IMG/VR virus record: IMGVR_UViG_3300024309_000102
Location: 1 to 40,256 of that record
From: a virus
Lineage: Duplodnaviria > Caudoviricetes
Direction: 5' to 3' (one strand)
DNA length: 40,256 bases
Position numbers and translations under genes: made by a program. The notes under the pieces were generated by a model. That model saw only the letters and a list, made by a program, of their open reading frames with translations. It was not told the DNA's origin and did no database searches. Shown piece by piece: positions 15,578 to 23,920 of this stretch. Within the stretch, counting starts at the first letter, position 1, and each line of letters begins with the position of its first letter.

Positions 15578-16570
15578 TCAGGTTGCGGCAAAGCGGTTCC
15601 ATCGAAGTACATTTACCGTATGGGGAAATATGAGGAACTTCCCAATTCCCGCATACCCTTCAGCGGTCAAGTGTGCAGTGTCTTTGGCCAGTGAACCAGG
15701 AGGGATCCCTGCAGCCTGGTCCGCCAGGTCTTGTTGGCTGGGCGATTTCCCTAAATCTTCCCAAATTTGAGGAGACGTTAGCCATCCGCTGACGTCAATA
15801 AATCTGTCCCCATAACGCTGGGCATATATCTCATTGACGGCGTTCACCTGATACCGGGCCGGGTTAGACTCCCCGACGTTTCGATTTATGAAGTGGCCGA
15901 GCACGAGGATGCGCTTATTTCTAGCTGACATCCATTCATGCGCCTCATCGGTGTACCGCACGATTTTTTCGATGACCGCTTCTGAATCCCCATTAGGATC
16001 AATATCGTTTTTCCCCATCCAAAGCAACACTGGACCAGTTCGCTCTACCATCCCCTGTTCCGGAATGAATTCAGCGGGGCCATTGAGGCGGACGGGATCC
16101 CCCCCATTCTTTCTAGTAAATTCTAGCGGTCGATCTTCCCCTAGCCGTCGAAGCCTCCCATAGACCCCCTCAACGGTCCCCCAGTATTCGACATATCGAT
16201 AGAAATTGACGTTCGGCGCCGTTACTTCTATCGAGCCGGAAGCTGGGATGGTGTCGGCGGGGAATTTGAGCTTGGCAGCGTGACTACCAAGTCGTGCGCA
16301 TATCGTTTCCACACCTTGGCCAGATACCCCGCCGTTGAACATAGAGGCGCGGAACATGCTGCGTAGCTGAGCATCAAGGAGAGGGGCGGAAGACCAAGAA
16401 TGACTGTCTCCCCAGATTGCCCACTGTTCGGTTTCTTTTTCTTGTCGGGGAGGGATATCGACAGGTTCGGCAGGAGGGGATTTCGCCGCAAGTCGGAAAA
16501 AATAGGCGAGACCAGCTAGCCATGCGCCGCCCACTAGCACTGCCAACGTCAAAAAAATTGTAGTCTTCAT
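15578..16570 (-). CDS. Membrane-anchored SGNH/GDSL hydrolase
   Basis: N-terminal hydrophobic helix; blocks WGDS, NGGVSGQ, WMGKND, DTAH. Confidence 0.8.
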   Translation of the reverse strand: MKTTIFLTLAVLVGGAWLAGLAYFFRLAAKSPPAEPVDIPPRQEKETEQWAIWGDSHSWSSAPLLDAQLRSMFRASMFNGGVSGQGVETICARLGSHAAKLKFPADTIPASGSIEVTAPNVNFYRYVEYWGTVEGVYGRLRRLGEDRPLEFTRKNGGDPVRLNGPAEFIPEQGMVERTGPVLLWMGKNDIDPNGDSEAVIEKIVRYTDEAHEWMSARNKRILVLGHFINRNVGESNPARYQVNAVNEIYAQRYGDRFIDVSGWLTSPQIWEDLGKSPSQQDLADQAAGIPPGSLAKDTAHLTAEGYAGIGKFLIFPHTVNVLRWNRFAAT

Positions 16571-16787
16571 GCGATCAAGTTATAGATTGAAAGATATATC
16601 GTTTTTGCCGCATTTATTTGACAAGTGCCATATGTGGATTCCCGGTTTTCTCGATATTTAGCTGTTTGGCGGCAGCCTAGCGGCTAGGTTGCCGCAGATG
16701 TCGGTGCCAGCCTCATCATCTCGCCGCTTGGCGCCAGCCCAGCAATAGTCGTTCACCCACGTCATTCCGCAGGTCGCATATCCGCAG

Positions 16788-17132
16788 TCACTGCGACCAT
16801 TCATAGCCTCTGGCGGCCATCTTCTTGTAGGTCTCTCTGGCGCGGTCCAGCAATTGCGGCACGATCGGCTTCCCAAGATCATCAACCAGAACCACCACGA
16901 CGCCGCACTTACACCCCTCAATGTTTGAGGGGTCAGACCAAAACTCTCTTACTTGTTTGGCTGTGAATAGCTTCCCATGGCGTTCTGCGTGACTCTTCCT
17001 GGTCGTGGGAGAAAGCGCAGACAGGTGCATATACAACTGCTTTGAGCCAAATTTCTTGGCAGAAAGTTCCTCTTGGTCCAGGCGCCGCATACGCGACTCG
17101 TGCAGCGCATAGCTGGCTTCTGATGGGATCAC
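16788..17132 (-). CDS. Stand-alone MuF (head morphogenesis) C-terminal-domain paralog
   Basis: GTG start overlaps cI stop (GTGA); MHLSALSPTTR..H..RH.KLFT...CKC..V.VLVDD.GKP.VP aligns with 29989-30909 C-terminus. Confidence 0.8.
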   Translation of the reverse strand: MIPSEASYALHESRMRRLDQEELSAKKFGSKQLYMHLSALSPTTRKSHAERHGKLFTAKQVREFWSDPSNIEGCKCGVVVVLVDDLGKPIVPQLLDRARETYKKMAARGYEWSQ

Positions 17133-17758
17133 AGCTTGAATCCAACCCAAAACGCACGGCCAATGATCTCGATATCCGGGTCATCGAAGCTCAAGTGCAA
17201 GTCCTCATAAGCGGCAGCATTTTCGGACCGGGCGATGAATCCGCCGTTTCCCTTATATAGACGCTTTACCTTCACTTCATCGTGCTGACGGAAGGCGTAG
17301 ACCTTTCCGTTGACGATCGACGTCGCGCCACGGTTAACCAGGATCGTCGCGCCGTCCGGGATGAGGGTCTCCATACTGTCCCCTTTCACCGACACAGACA
17401 CTGTCTGTTCCGGGGTTGCTCCCGCGGATCGCAGGAAGTCTGCTCGGAACGATAGCCGAGTCATCTCGTCTTCGGTCAAAACAATCTCGCCATGACCGGC
17501 GGACAGGCGTACGTCCAGGCGCCTGATGGAGACAAATTCTTCGGTATCGGGGTCGGCCGTTGGCCCCACTGCCAAGTATTCGGGCGTTGTATTAAGCGCT
17601 TTTGCAACGGCCTCTAAGCGAGCACGTTTAGGCGCCGTTTTGCCGTTCTCCCACTGCTGGACGGTCTGCCAGGAAACGCGTACGCGATCGGCAAGCTGCT
17701 CCATCGACAGCCCGAGCTTTTCCCTAAGGTCTTTGATTCGTTTGTGGATCGTCGGCAT
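17129..17758 (-). CDS. cI: CI-like repressor (HTH + S24 autopeptidase)
   Basis: HTH RIKDLREKLGLSMEQLA..VSWQTVQQWENGK; LSAGHG cleavage site; GDSM serine and VKRL lysine. Confidence 0.93.
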   Translation of the reverse strand: MPTIHKRIKDLREKLGLSMEQLADRVRVSWQTVQQWENGKTAPKRARLEAVAKALNTTPEYLAVGPTADPDTEEFVSIRRLDVRLSAGHGEIVLTEDEMTRLSFRADFLRSAGATPEQTVSVSVKGDSMETLIPDGATILVNRGATSIVNGKVYAFRQHDEVKVKRLYKGNGGFIARSENAAAYEDLHLSFDDPDIEIIGRAFWVGFKL

Positions 17759-17773
17759 GCGCGCGAGGTTACC

Positions 17774-17835
17774 CACAAGAAAGGCTTGTGTCATTGCAGG
17801 AATTTCTTGCATTGCTAGTTTTTCTTGTATAGAGT
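17774..17835. promoter_or_regulatory. OR operator triplet with PR
   Basis: 17-bp imperfect palindromes CACAAGAAAGGCTTGTG (17774-17790), TGCAGGAATTTCTTGCA (17795-17811), TGCTAGTTTTTCTTGTA (17813-17829); TTGCAT-17-TAGAGT. Confidence 0.85.
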
Positions 17836-17842
17836 GGGCGTC

Positions 17843-18079
17843 ATGGACAAGAACTCCCACATCGCTCAAGCCATCACCAACGCCGGCGGCCCGGTGGCAA
17901 CAGCCAAAAAAACCGGCGCGAACAATTACCAGACCGTCCAGCAATGGGAGCGCTCCGGAAATGTTCCGGCCGAGTATGCCACTGCGTTAGAAGCGGCTTC
18001 CGGCATTTCTCGACGCCTGTTGTGCAAGCAATGGGCGAAGGTTTGGCCGGAACTGGCCAACGAGGCGAGGGCGGCATAA
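17843..18079 (+). CDS. cro: Cro-like HTH regulator
   Basis: 78 aa, divergent from cI; recognition helix QTVQQWE identical to that of CI. Confidence 0.88.
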   Translation: MDKNSHIAQAITNAGGPVATAKKTGANNYQTVQQWERSGNVPAEYATALEAASGISRRLLCKQWAKVWPELANEARAA

Positions 18080-18334
18080 ATGAACTCCGCCCATCGTCTT
18101 GCCCTCCCGGCTGCCTACATCGACCCAGCGTTCATTGCTTGCCTGGTTGCATCCATAAGCGAGCGCGAGCTGGTCGAGCAGTTTGACCGTCTCTACGGTG
18201 CGTCGTTGTCCATAGGGGAATTGTGCGACGGTGATTTGCGCTCCTTCTCCGAATTTGTCCACAACTGTGTCTATCTGCGCTTGCCTGACGAGGCGATTGT
18301 CTCGTTGCGCGTTTCGTCTCAGGAGGGAGCATGA
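18080..18334 (+). CDS. Hypothetical protein
   Basis: ATG directly after cro stop; 84 aa. Confidence 0.6.
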   Translation: MNSAHRLALPAAYIDPAFIACLVASISERELVEQFDRLYGASLSIGELCDGDLRSFSEFVHNCVYLRLPDEAIVSLRVSSQEGA

Positions 18335-18336
18335 CA

Positions 18337-18501
18337 TCAATGCATCGTTGCACTGTCGCGCCCATCGGTGGCCCACGCCATGCGGTCACGTTCGGCGCAC
18401 AGCTCCTTAAAGATTTCCAGCACCGCGTCTTCGGACGGATCCAGAAAGGTCCGTTTCGCAACCGCGGCGGCCTCCTTCAACAGCTTCTCGGTTTCGGTCA
18501 T
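18337..18501 (-). CDS. Small hypothetical protein (54 aa; not in the ORF track)
   Basis: MTETEKLLKEAAAVAKRTFLDPSEDAVLEIFKELCAERDRMAWATDGRDSATMH; ATGA-coupled to 18498-18653. Confidence 0.6.
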   Translation of the reverse strand: MTETEKLLKEAAAVAKRTFLDPSEDAVLEIFKELCAERDRMAWATDGRDSATMH

Positions 18502-18653
18502 TCCTTTGCCTCGGCCGGAGGCGCTTCGTCCGTGGGCGGTTCCTGGCGCGGGTCAGCTTCCGTCGGCCCCGGCTGAGGTACTAGTTGGAACGCCTCGATG
18601 CGTGCGAAGAGGTGCGCGCGGGTCACTTGCTTTGGGTCTTTGTTGTTTTCCAT
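18498..18653 (-). CDS. Small hypothetical protein (51 aa)
   Basis: MENNKDPKQVTRAHLFARIEAFQLV..; stop overlaps next ATG. Confidence 0.4.
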   Translation of the reverse strand: MENNKDPKQVTRAHLFARIEAFQLVPQPGPTEADPRQEPPTDEAPPAEAKE

Positions 18654-18715
18654 GGGCTGCATCTTAGGCCCGATGTTCGAGAACGGTAACGCTGAAATGT
18701 TGGATGGAATCAGTG

Positions 18716-19240
18716 ATGACGTGTAACTACTCCGAATTGCACTGGCGAGACGTCCTCTACAACGACGTGCGCAAGACGGACGGCGGCCTTCAGGACGCTG
18801 CCCGGTTCTTGACGGACCGCCGTGGTGTGTCCATGCATCCTGAGGCATTGCGGAGAAAGTTGCGCGGGCTGCCGGGCGAATCCGTTGATGTCGACTTGGC
18901 GCTCATGCTGTCGGAGTGGATGCAGTCCAAGGCTGACGTCGACTATTCCCACCGGTGGCTGCAGACGATCAACAGCCAAGAGGGCATGCATTGCGATTTG
19001 GTGCCGTCGGCCCCGCTCGGAGGCTGGGCGTGCGAGATCGGCGCCCTGAAGGACAAGTGCCTGAAGTTGGTGATGAAGCTGGGCAAGATTTCCGGCCTTA
19101 CTAGCGAAGCCGCCGAGGACGGGGAAATCACAGAAGAAGAAGCGGGGCCGCTCTTGGCGCTTATCCGCTCGGCCCGAGTCATCCTGCATCGCATGGAGCG
19201 GAACATCCTGCGCGCAGTTGCAAAGGGCGGGGGGATCTGA
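18716..19240 (+). CDS. CII-like phage regulatory protein
   Basis: Position after cro; HTH-like MHPEALRRKLRG and C-terminal AAEDGEITEEE helix typical of phage CII-family proteins. Confidence 0.65.
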   Translation: MTCNYSELHWRDVLYNDVRKTDGGLQDAARFLTDRRGVSMHPEALRRKLRGLPGESVDVDLALMLSEWMQSKADVDYSHRWLQTINSQEGMHCDLVPSAPLGGWACEIGALKDKCLKLVMKLGKISGLTSEAAEDGEITEEEAGPLLALIRSARVILHRMERNILRAVAKGGGI

Positions 19241-19650
19241 TGGACAAACAGGTCTTCGTTCTCTCCCATCCGTTGGCTCGGCGCAACGCTGCCCATGCCT
19301 GCGCCAATGCGCCGGAGGGCTATCGCGTGGAGATCAAGCCGCGGACTCGCTCCCTGGCCCAAAACGACATGCTCTGGTCGATCCTGACTGACATCAGCCG
19401 CCAGGTTGAGTTTGTCGTGAACGGTGGACTGGTGTCGGTGGCGCCCGAAGAGGTTAAGGACATCCTGACGGCCGGCTTGCGCCGTGAAACCCGCATGGCT
19501 ATGGGGATCGACGGCGGCATGGTGTTGCTCGGGCAGAGCACCAGCAAGATGACTGTGCGCGAGATGAAAGACCTGATCGACCTGGCCTACGCCTTTGGCA
19601 ATGAGCGGGGCGTGGAGTGGTCCAGGACTAGCCTGGGTAGGGATGCCTGA
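19240..19650 (+). CDS. ninB: NinB/Orf recombination protein
   Basis: RTRSLAQNDMLWSILTDISRQV, GQSTSKMTVREM.DLI...AFGNERGVEW. Confidence 0.85.
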   Translation: MDKQVFVLSHPLARRNAAHACANAPEGYRVEIKPRTRSLAQNDMLWSILTDISRQVEFVVNGGLVSVAPEEVKDILTAGLRRETRMAMGIDGGMVLLGQSTSKMTVREMKDLIDLAYAFGNERGVEWSRTSLGRDA

Positions 19651-20105
19651 TGCGTACGTCCACGCTGCAGCGGAAAACCCCCATGCGCCGGTCCAAGCCG
19701 AAGCGCGAGAAAGGCCTGGGCCACAAGGTGGAGGTTGTCATGGGCTTCTATCGGCCGCTCGGGCACAAGCTTCCGATTCTGCTGCGCAGCGAACAGCACC
19801 GCCGCAATGTCGTGGCGCTCGGGTGCCTGGTGACCGGGGCGCCTGCGCAGGCCTGCCACGTGAACATCACCAAGGGCACTGGTCTGAAGGCCTGCGACAG
19901 CCTGTGCTTCCCTTTGTCGCCGGAGCTGCACCGCCAGCACGATCAAGGCGGGATGCCGCGCGCCGAACGCTGGAAGCGTGAATGGGAATACGTGGACGCC
20001 ACCAGGGCCGCGCTGATCCAGAAGGGACAGTGGTCGGCCGAAGTTGAATTGCATTACCAGCGCGCCGTGGAGCCCCTGCGCCGCTTGGTGAAAGGTGACG
20101 AATGA
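19650..20105 (+). CDS. DUF968/Ref-like zinc-binding nuclease-type protein
   Basis: GCLVTG..QACH..G.GLKACD..CFPL..ELHRQHD. Confidence 0.6.
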   Translation: MRTSTLQRKTPMRRSKPKREKGLGHKVEVVMGFYRPLGHKLPILLRSEQHRRNVVALGCLVTGAPAQACHVNITKGTGLKACDSLCFPLSPELHRQHDQGGMPRAERWKREWEYVDATRAALIQKGQWSAEVELHYQRAVEPLRRLVKGDE

Positions 20106-20111
20106 GTTGTG

Positions 20112-20171
20112 TGCACACGCCTAGGGTAGCTCCCGAAAAGCCTGTCAGCCCGTCAGGCCTGGCGTTGTGCA
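20112..20171 (+). ncRNA. Candidate c4-like structured antisense RNA
   Basis: Outer stem TGCACACGCC/GGCGTTGTGCA enclosing hairpins GGG-TAGCT-CCC and GCCTG-TCAGCCCGT-CAGGC; loop GCCCGT complementary to ACGGGC at 20181-20186. Confidence 0.5.
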
Positions 20172-20201
20172 TTTTTCTTAACGGGCGGCAAAAGGGCAGC
20201 T

Positions 20202-20372
20202 ATGAAAATGCATGATCTGGAAGTGGCGGTATGCGGCGAGGGAATCATGATTGCTCAATCCGATGGCACGGGTGAGCAGGTAATTATCATGATTTCTGCT
20301 GAACAAGCGGAGCTCGTTTGCGAGTGGATTCGCGCCGCTTCGAACGCACCTCAAAAGAGCGGGAGCATGTAG
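20202..20372 (+). CDS. Small hypothetical protein (56 aa; not in the ORF track)
   Basis: MKMHDLEVAVCGEGIMIAQSDGTGEQVIIMISAEQAELVCEWIRAASN..; fills the gap before the replication gene. Confidence 0.5.
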   Translation: MKMHDLEVAVCGEGIMIAQSDGTGEQVIIMISAEQAELVCEWIRAASNAPQKSGSM

Positions 20373-20374
20373 CG

Positions 20375-21271
20375 ATGCGGGATTACGGGAAAGTATCCCC
20401 GCAATTCTGGATCGGGGAAACAGGAAAGCGTTTACGCAAGGCCGGAGCCGAAGCCCAGGTGGTTGCCTTGTATCTCATGACTTGCTCGCATTCCAACATG
20501 ATTGGCCTGTACTACCTGCCCGTCATGTACATCGCGCACGAGACTGGATTGGGAATGGAAGGAGCTTTGAAGGGGCTTCAAAGGGCCTCGGAAGCTGGGT
20601 TTTGTCAGTACGACGAGGCTTCTGAGATGGTTTGGGTCATTGAAATGGCCAAGTTCCAGATCGATGCGGAGCTTTCGGCTGCCGACAAGCGGTGCAAGGG
20701 TGTGCAAAACGAATATGACGCGCAGCCCGAGAACCCTTATTTGGCGCGGTTCTTCGAGCGTTACGGGGTGGCCTATCACATGACCAAAAAAAGAGGGGGG
20801 GGCAACGCAAAAATTAGCCCCTTGGAAGCCCCTTCGAAGCCCCTTGGAAGCCAAGAGCAAGAGCAAGAGCAAGAGCAAGAAAAGGATACCCCCTCTGGCT
20901 TGCCGCCAGAGCCGGTGCCTCCCGATGCTTCTGCAAAGCAGAAAGGGAAATCTGCTGTCACGCTGAAAACGTTCATGGACGACTGCCAGTCCAGAGGTGA
21001 GCCAGTCATCGAGGGCTACAAGCCCCTGCTGGAGTATGCCGAGAAAGTGGGGTTGCCGGAGGAAATGCTTAGTCTGTGTTGGGTTGAATTCAAGTCGAAA
21101 TATCTGCCGGGCGGGGTGAATGCATCGAAGAAATACAAGGATTGGCGCTTGGCGTTCCTCGGTTGTGTGCGCGATAACTGGTTCAAACTGTGGTGGGTTG
21201 GCGACCAGGGAGAGTTTGGCCTGACCTCACGCGGCAAACAGGCTGAATTGGTGCACAAGGAGGCTGCATGA
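20375..21271 (+). CDS. Phage replication initiator (O-like)
   Basis: MRDYGKVSPQFW N-terminus, internal iterons and QE repeat, KYKDW..AF C-terminal motif; upstream of DnaB. Confidence 0.8.
   Translation: MRDYGKVSPQFWIGETGKRLRKAGAEAQVVALYLMTCSHSNMIGLYYLPVMYIAHETGLGMEGALKGLQRASEAGFCQYDEASEMVWVIEMAKFQIDAELSAADKRCKGVQNEYDAQPENPYLARFFERYGVAYHMTKKRGGGNAKISPLEAPSKPLGSQEQEQEQEQEKDTPSGLPPEPVPPDASAKQKGKSAVTLKTFMDDCQSRGEPVIEGYKPLLEYAEKVGLPEEMLSLCWVEFKSKYLPGGVNASKKYKDWRLAFLGCVRDNWFKLWWVGDQGEFGLTSRGKQAELVHKEAA
20816..20880 (+). repeat. Probable replication origin iterons plus CAAGAG repeat
   Basis: AGCCCCTT(G/C)GA x3 tandem (20816-20848), then ~5 CAAGAG units; inverted copy near 20567-20580. Confidence 0.65.
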
Positions 21272-22656
21272 ACGCCATCGCCGCACGCGTGCCGCCGCAT
21301 TCCGTCGACGCCGAGCAGGGCGTGATCGGAGGGCTCCTGTTGGACAACCGCGCATGGGATCGCCTGGGCGACCTGCTAAGCGCGGAGGATTTCTACCGCC
21401 ACGACCACCGGCTGATCTTTGGTGCCGCATCCAGCTTGCTGAACGCGTCCAAGCCGGCCGACGTACTGACGGTCTTCGATTCGCTGCAGGCTTCCGGGCA
21501 GGCGGAGGATGCGGGCGGCTTGGCCTACCTGAACGCCATCGCCCACAACGTCCCTAGCAGCGCCAACGTGCGCAGCTACGCGGAGATCGTCCGCGCCCAC
21601 CGCGTGCGCCGCGACGTTCTGGCCGTGGGCCACGACATCGCCGAGCTCGCGGAAACTGCCGATCCGGCTGAGCTTGTGGAGCGCGCGACCGGCCTGGTCA
21701 TGGCGCTGGCGGACACGCGCACCGCGGGCCGCGACCCGGTTGAGGTTGGCGCGCTGCTGCGGAACGTACTCGAGCAACTTGAAGCCCGAGGGGAGCGTGA
21801 GGGCGGAGTTTCGGGCTTGGCCACTGGATTCGCTGACCTGGACGAGAAGACCAGCGGCTGCCAGGACGGAGACCTGATCATCGTGGCTGGCCGCCCGTCG
21901 ATGGGCAAGACGACGTTCGCGATCAACATCGCCGAGAACGTGACCGAGGATGAGGGCGTTGCCCTTGTGATCAGCTTGGAAATGGCTGCGGCCCAGTTGG
22001 CTGAACGCTCCATCGCCCGATACGGCGCGATCGACACCCAGCGCCTGCGCACCGGGAAATTGCACCAAGGCGACTGGCCGCGGCTGACGCACGCCATCCA
22101 GATGCTGGAGAACCAGCGCCTGATCATCGCAGACGATCCCAGTCTGGCCAACGTCGCACGGATCCGGCTGGCGGCTCGAAAGGTCAAGCAGCGGCAGGGC
22201 AGGCTGGACCTGATCGTGATCGATTACCTGCAGTTGATGCAGGGCGAGGGGTCCACGCGGAACGAGGACCTGGGCGGTATCACCCGGGCGATCAAGCTGC
22301 TGGCGCGCGAACTCGGCTGCCCGATCATCGTGCTGTCCCAACTATCGCGCAAGGTGGAGGAGCGCCCGAACAAGCGGCCGATCCTCAGCGACCTGCGCGA
22401 GTCCGGCGCGATCGAGCAGGACGCCGACGTCGTGATGATGGTCTACCGCGACGAGTATTACCACGAGGACAGCCCGTTCAAGGGCTTGGCCGAGATCCTG
22501 ATCCGCAAGCAGCGGATGGGCCCGCTGGGAGAAGTCTTTCTGACTTTCCAGGGGCAGCACTCCCGCTTCCTGGATGCAGACCAGCATGCGGTGGCCGAAG
22601 CGCGCAACGCCGTGCAGTTCAAACCGAAGCAGAAATACAGCCAGTTGAGGGACTGA
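21268..22656 (+). CDS. dnaB: Replicative DNA helicase
   Basis: PPHSVDAEQGVIGGLL, AGRPSMGKT, IVIDYLQLM, LSQLSR, SDLRESGAIEQDAD. Confidence 0.97.
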   Translation: MNAIAARVPPHSVDAEQGVIGGLLLDNRAWDRLGDLLSAEDFYRHDHRLIFGAASSLLNASKPADVLTVFDSLQASGQAEDAGGLAYLNAIAHNVPSSANVRSYAEIVRAHRVRRDVLAVGHDIAELAETADPAELVERATGLVMALADTRTAGRDPVEVGALLRNVLEQLEARGEREGGVSGLATGFADLDEKTSGCQDGDLIIVAGRPSMGKTTFAINIAENVTEDEGVALVISLEMAAAQLAERSIARYGAIDTQRLRTGKLHQGDWPRLTHAIQMLENQRLIIADDPSLANVARIRLAARKVKQRQGRLDLIVIDYLQLMQGEGSTRNEDLGGITRAIKLLARELGCPIIVLSQLSRKVEERPNKRPILSDLRESGAIEQDADVVMMVYRDEYYHEDSPFKGLAEILIRKQRMGPLGEVFLTFQGQHSRFLDADQHAVAEARNAVQFKPKQKYSQLRD

Positions 22657-22657
22657 G

Positions 22658-23023
22658 ATGATCGCTGTCGAACTTCCATGGCCGCCCAAGGAACTGAGCC
22701 CGAATCATCGCGGGCATTGGGCGCCGGTTTCCCAAGCGAAGAAGCGATATCGAACGGCTGCGCGTCTGGCGGCCCGCTCGGCGCTTTCCAAGGCGGACGG
22801 ATTCAACCAGTTCCGCGGCGTGCGTCTTGCATACGAGTTCTTCCCACCTGATGCACGTGCCTATGACCGCGACAACCTAGCGGCCCGGATGAAAGCAGCA
22901 ACGGACGGGATTGCGGATGCAATCGGGATGAACGACCGCGGTTTTCACTTCGCTCCGGCGGAGATCAGAGACAAGACCAAGGGCGGGATGGTCCGCGTCA
23001 CGATGGAACAGGTGGTTCTATGA
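22658..23023 (+). CDS. rusA: RusA-like Holliday junction resolvase
   Basis: LPWPPKELSPN, FFPPD.R.YDRDNL..RMKA..DGIAD..GMND. Confidence 0.8.
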   Translation: MIAVELPWPPKELSPNHRGHWAPVSQAKKRYRTAARLAARSALSKADGFNQFRGVRLAYEFFPPDARAYDRDNLAARMKAATDGIADAIGMNDRGFHFAPAEIRDKTKGGMVRVTMEQVVL

Positions 23024-23160
23024 CGATTATCGAAAAGCCCCGCGCTCGGAAGGAGGGCGGCATGTGGTTGGTGTGGTGCGCAAAGGTTGGCCCTAGCCCG
23101 CGAGCAACATTCGAGGCGGCGTACGTGGCGTGGGCCCGACGCCGTGGGTGGCTGGCATGA
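23020..23160 (+). CDS. Small hypothetical protein (46 aa)
   Basis: ATGA overlaps on both sides; MTIIEKPRARKEGGMWLVWC.. Confidence 0.55.
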   Translation: MTIIEKPRARKEGGMWLVWCAKVGPSPRATFEAAYVAWARRRGWLA

Positions 23161-23549
23161 CGGAGGGATTCCCCCGGTGGGTAGAGGACGAGATCCACAA
23201 CTGGGCAAGGTCCCAGTGGGAAGGGGATTGGCCTGGGCCGGGGCGCCCGATCCAAGACGAGCCAGCGATTTGCGCGTTTCCCCCGGAGCCCGGCCATGAG
23301 GACGGCGATGAGCCGGTGCGTATCCCAGTGAACCATGATAGGGCGCGTCAGGTGAATCGGGTTTATGAGGCGTTGCCACTGGTGGAGCAGCGTGTCGTTC
23401 AGGCGGAGTACACGCGCCGCAATGAGTATGGCGACCTGCCGGCGCACCTACGCCAGGACAAGGCGTGTCGGGTGATCGGGATCGCGCTGCCGTACTACAA
23501 GGTGGCGCTCGGCAGTTTCAAGCAGCAGGTTTGGAGGAAGTTCGAATGA
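23157..23549 (+). CDS. Putative late regulator / Q-like antiterminator
   Basis: Position at end of early right operon; ..IHNWAR.., YEALP..EQRVVQAEY, C-terminal HTH-like segment. Confidence 0.5.
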   Translation: MTEGFPRWVEDEIHNWARSQWEGDWPGPGRPIQDEPAICAFPPEPGHEDGDEPVRIPVNHDRARQVNRVYEALPLVEQRVVQAEYTRRNEYGDLPAHLRQDKACRVIGIALPYYKVALGSFKQQVWRKFE

Positions 23550-23839
23550 AGTACGCGCACGAAGTGATCGACCTGATGGCACCTTATCCGGGGCGCGCTT
23601 TTCGGCTTATGGAACTGGTCCGGCATGTGTCGCAAGGCCGCTGTATTACTGCAGCAGAGAAAACTCGTTTGCAACGCGGCATCCAACGAGCCATGGAGGC
23701 TTTACACGAGTGCGGCAGTGTTGTGATCGAGGAACCCGGCGAAGGTCGGCACGGCAGGCTATACAGTTGGCGTGTGACGGTTCCGTCACATAGCCCCACC
23801 ATATCCGCCACTCAATCAGTCACAATAGCTGCGGGGTAG
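23546..23839 (+). CDS. Hypothetical winged-helix protein
   Basis: MKYAHEVIDLMAPYPGRAFRLMELVRHV..; ATGA overlap. Confidence 0.6.
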   Translation: MKYAHEVIDLMAPYPGRAFRLMELVRHVSQGRCITAAEKTRLQRGIQRAMEALHECGSVVIEEPGEGRHGRLYSWRVTVPSHSPTISATQSVTIAAG

Positions 23840-23920
23840 TGCGCCCTTTGCTTCCCAGTGGAGAATATTCAACGATTGGATACAATTGTCGCTCACCACT
23901 ATCCGGCGAGCATCCCTCTC

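Noticed and set aside
17759-17944. 62-aa N-terminal extension of CI given in the ORF track
   Set aside because: It would overlap the operators and cro; the HTH starts right after ATG 17758
20852-20880. CAAGAG tandem repeat as a phase-variation tract
   Set aside because: A 6-bp unit keeps the frame; it encodes the QE linker common in phage initiators
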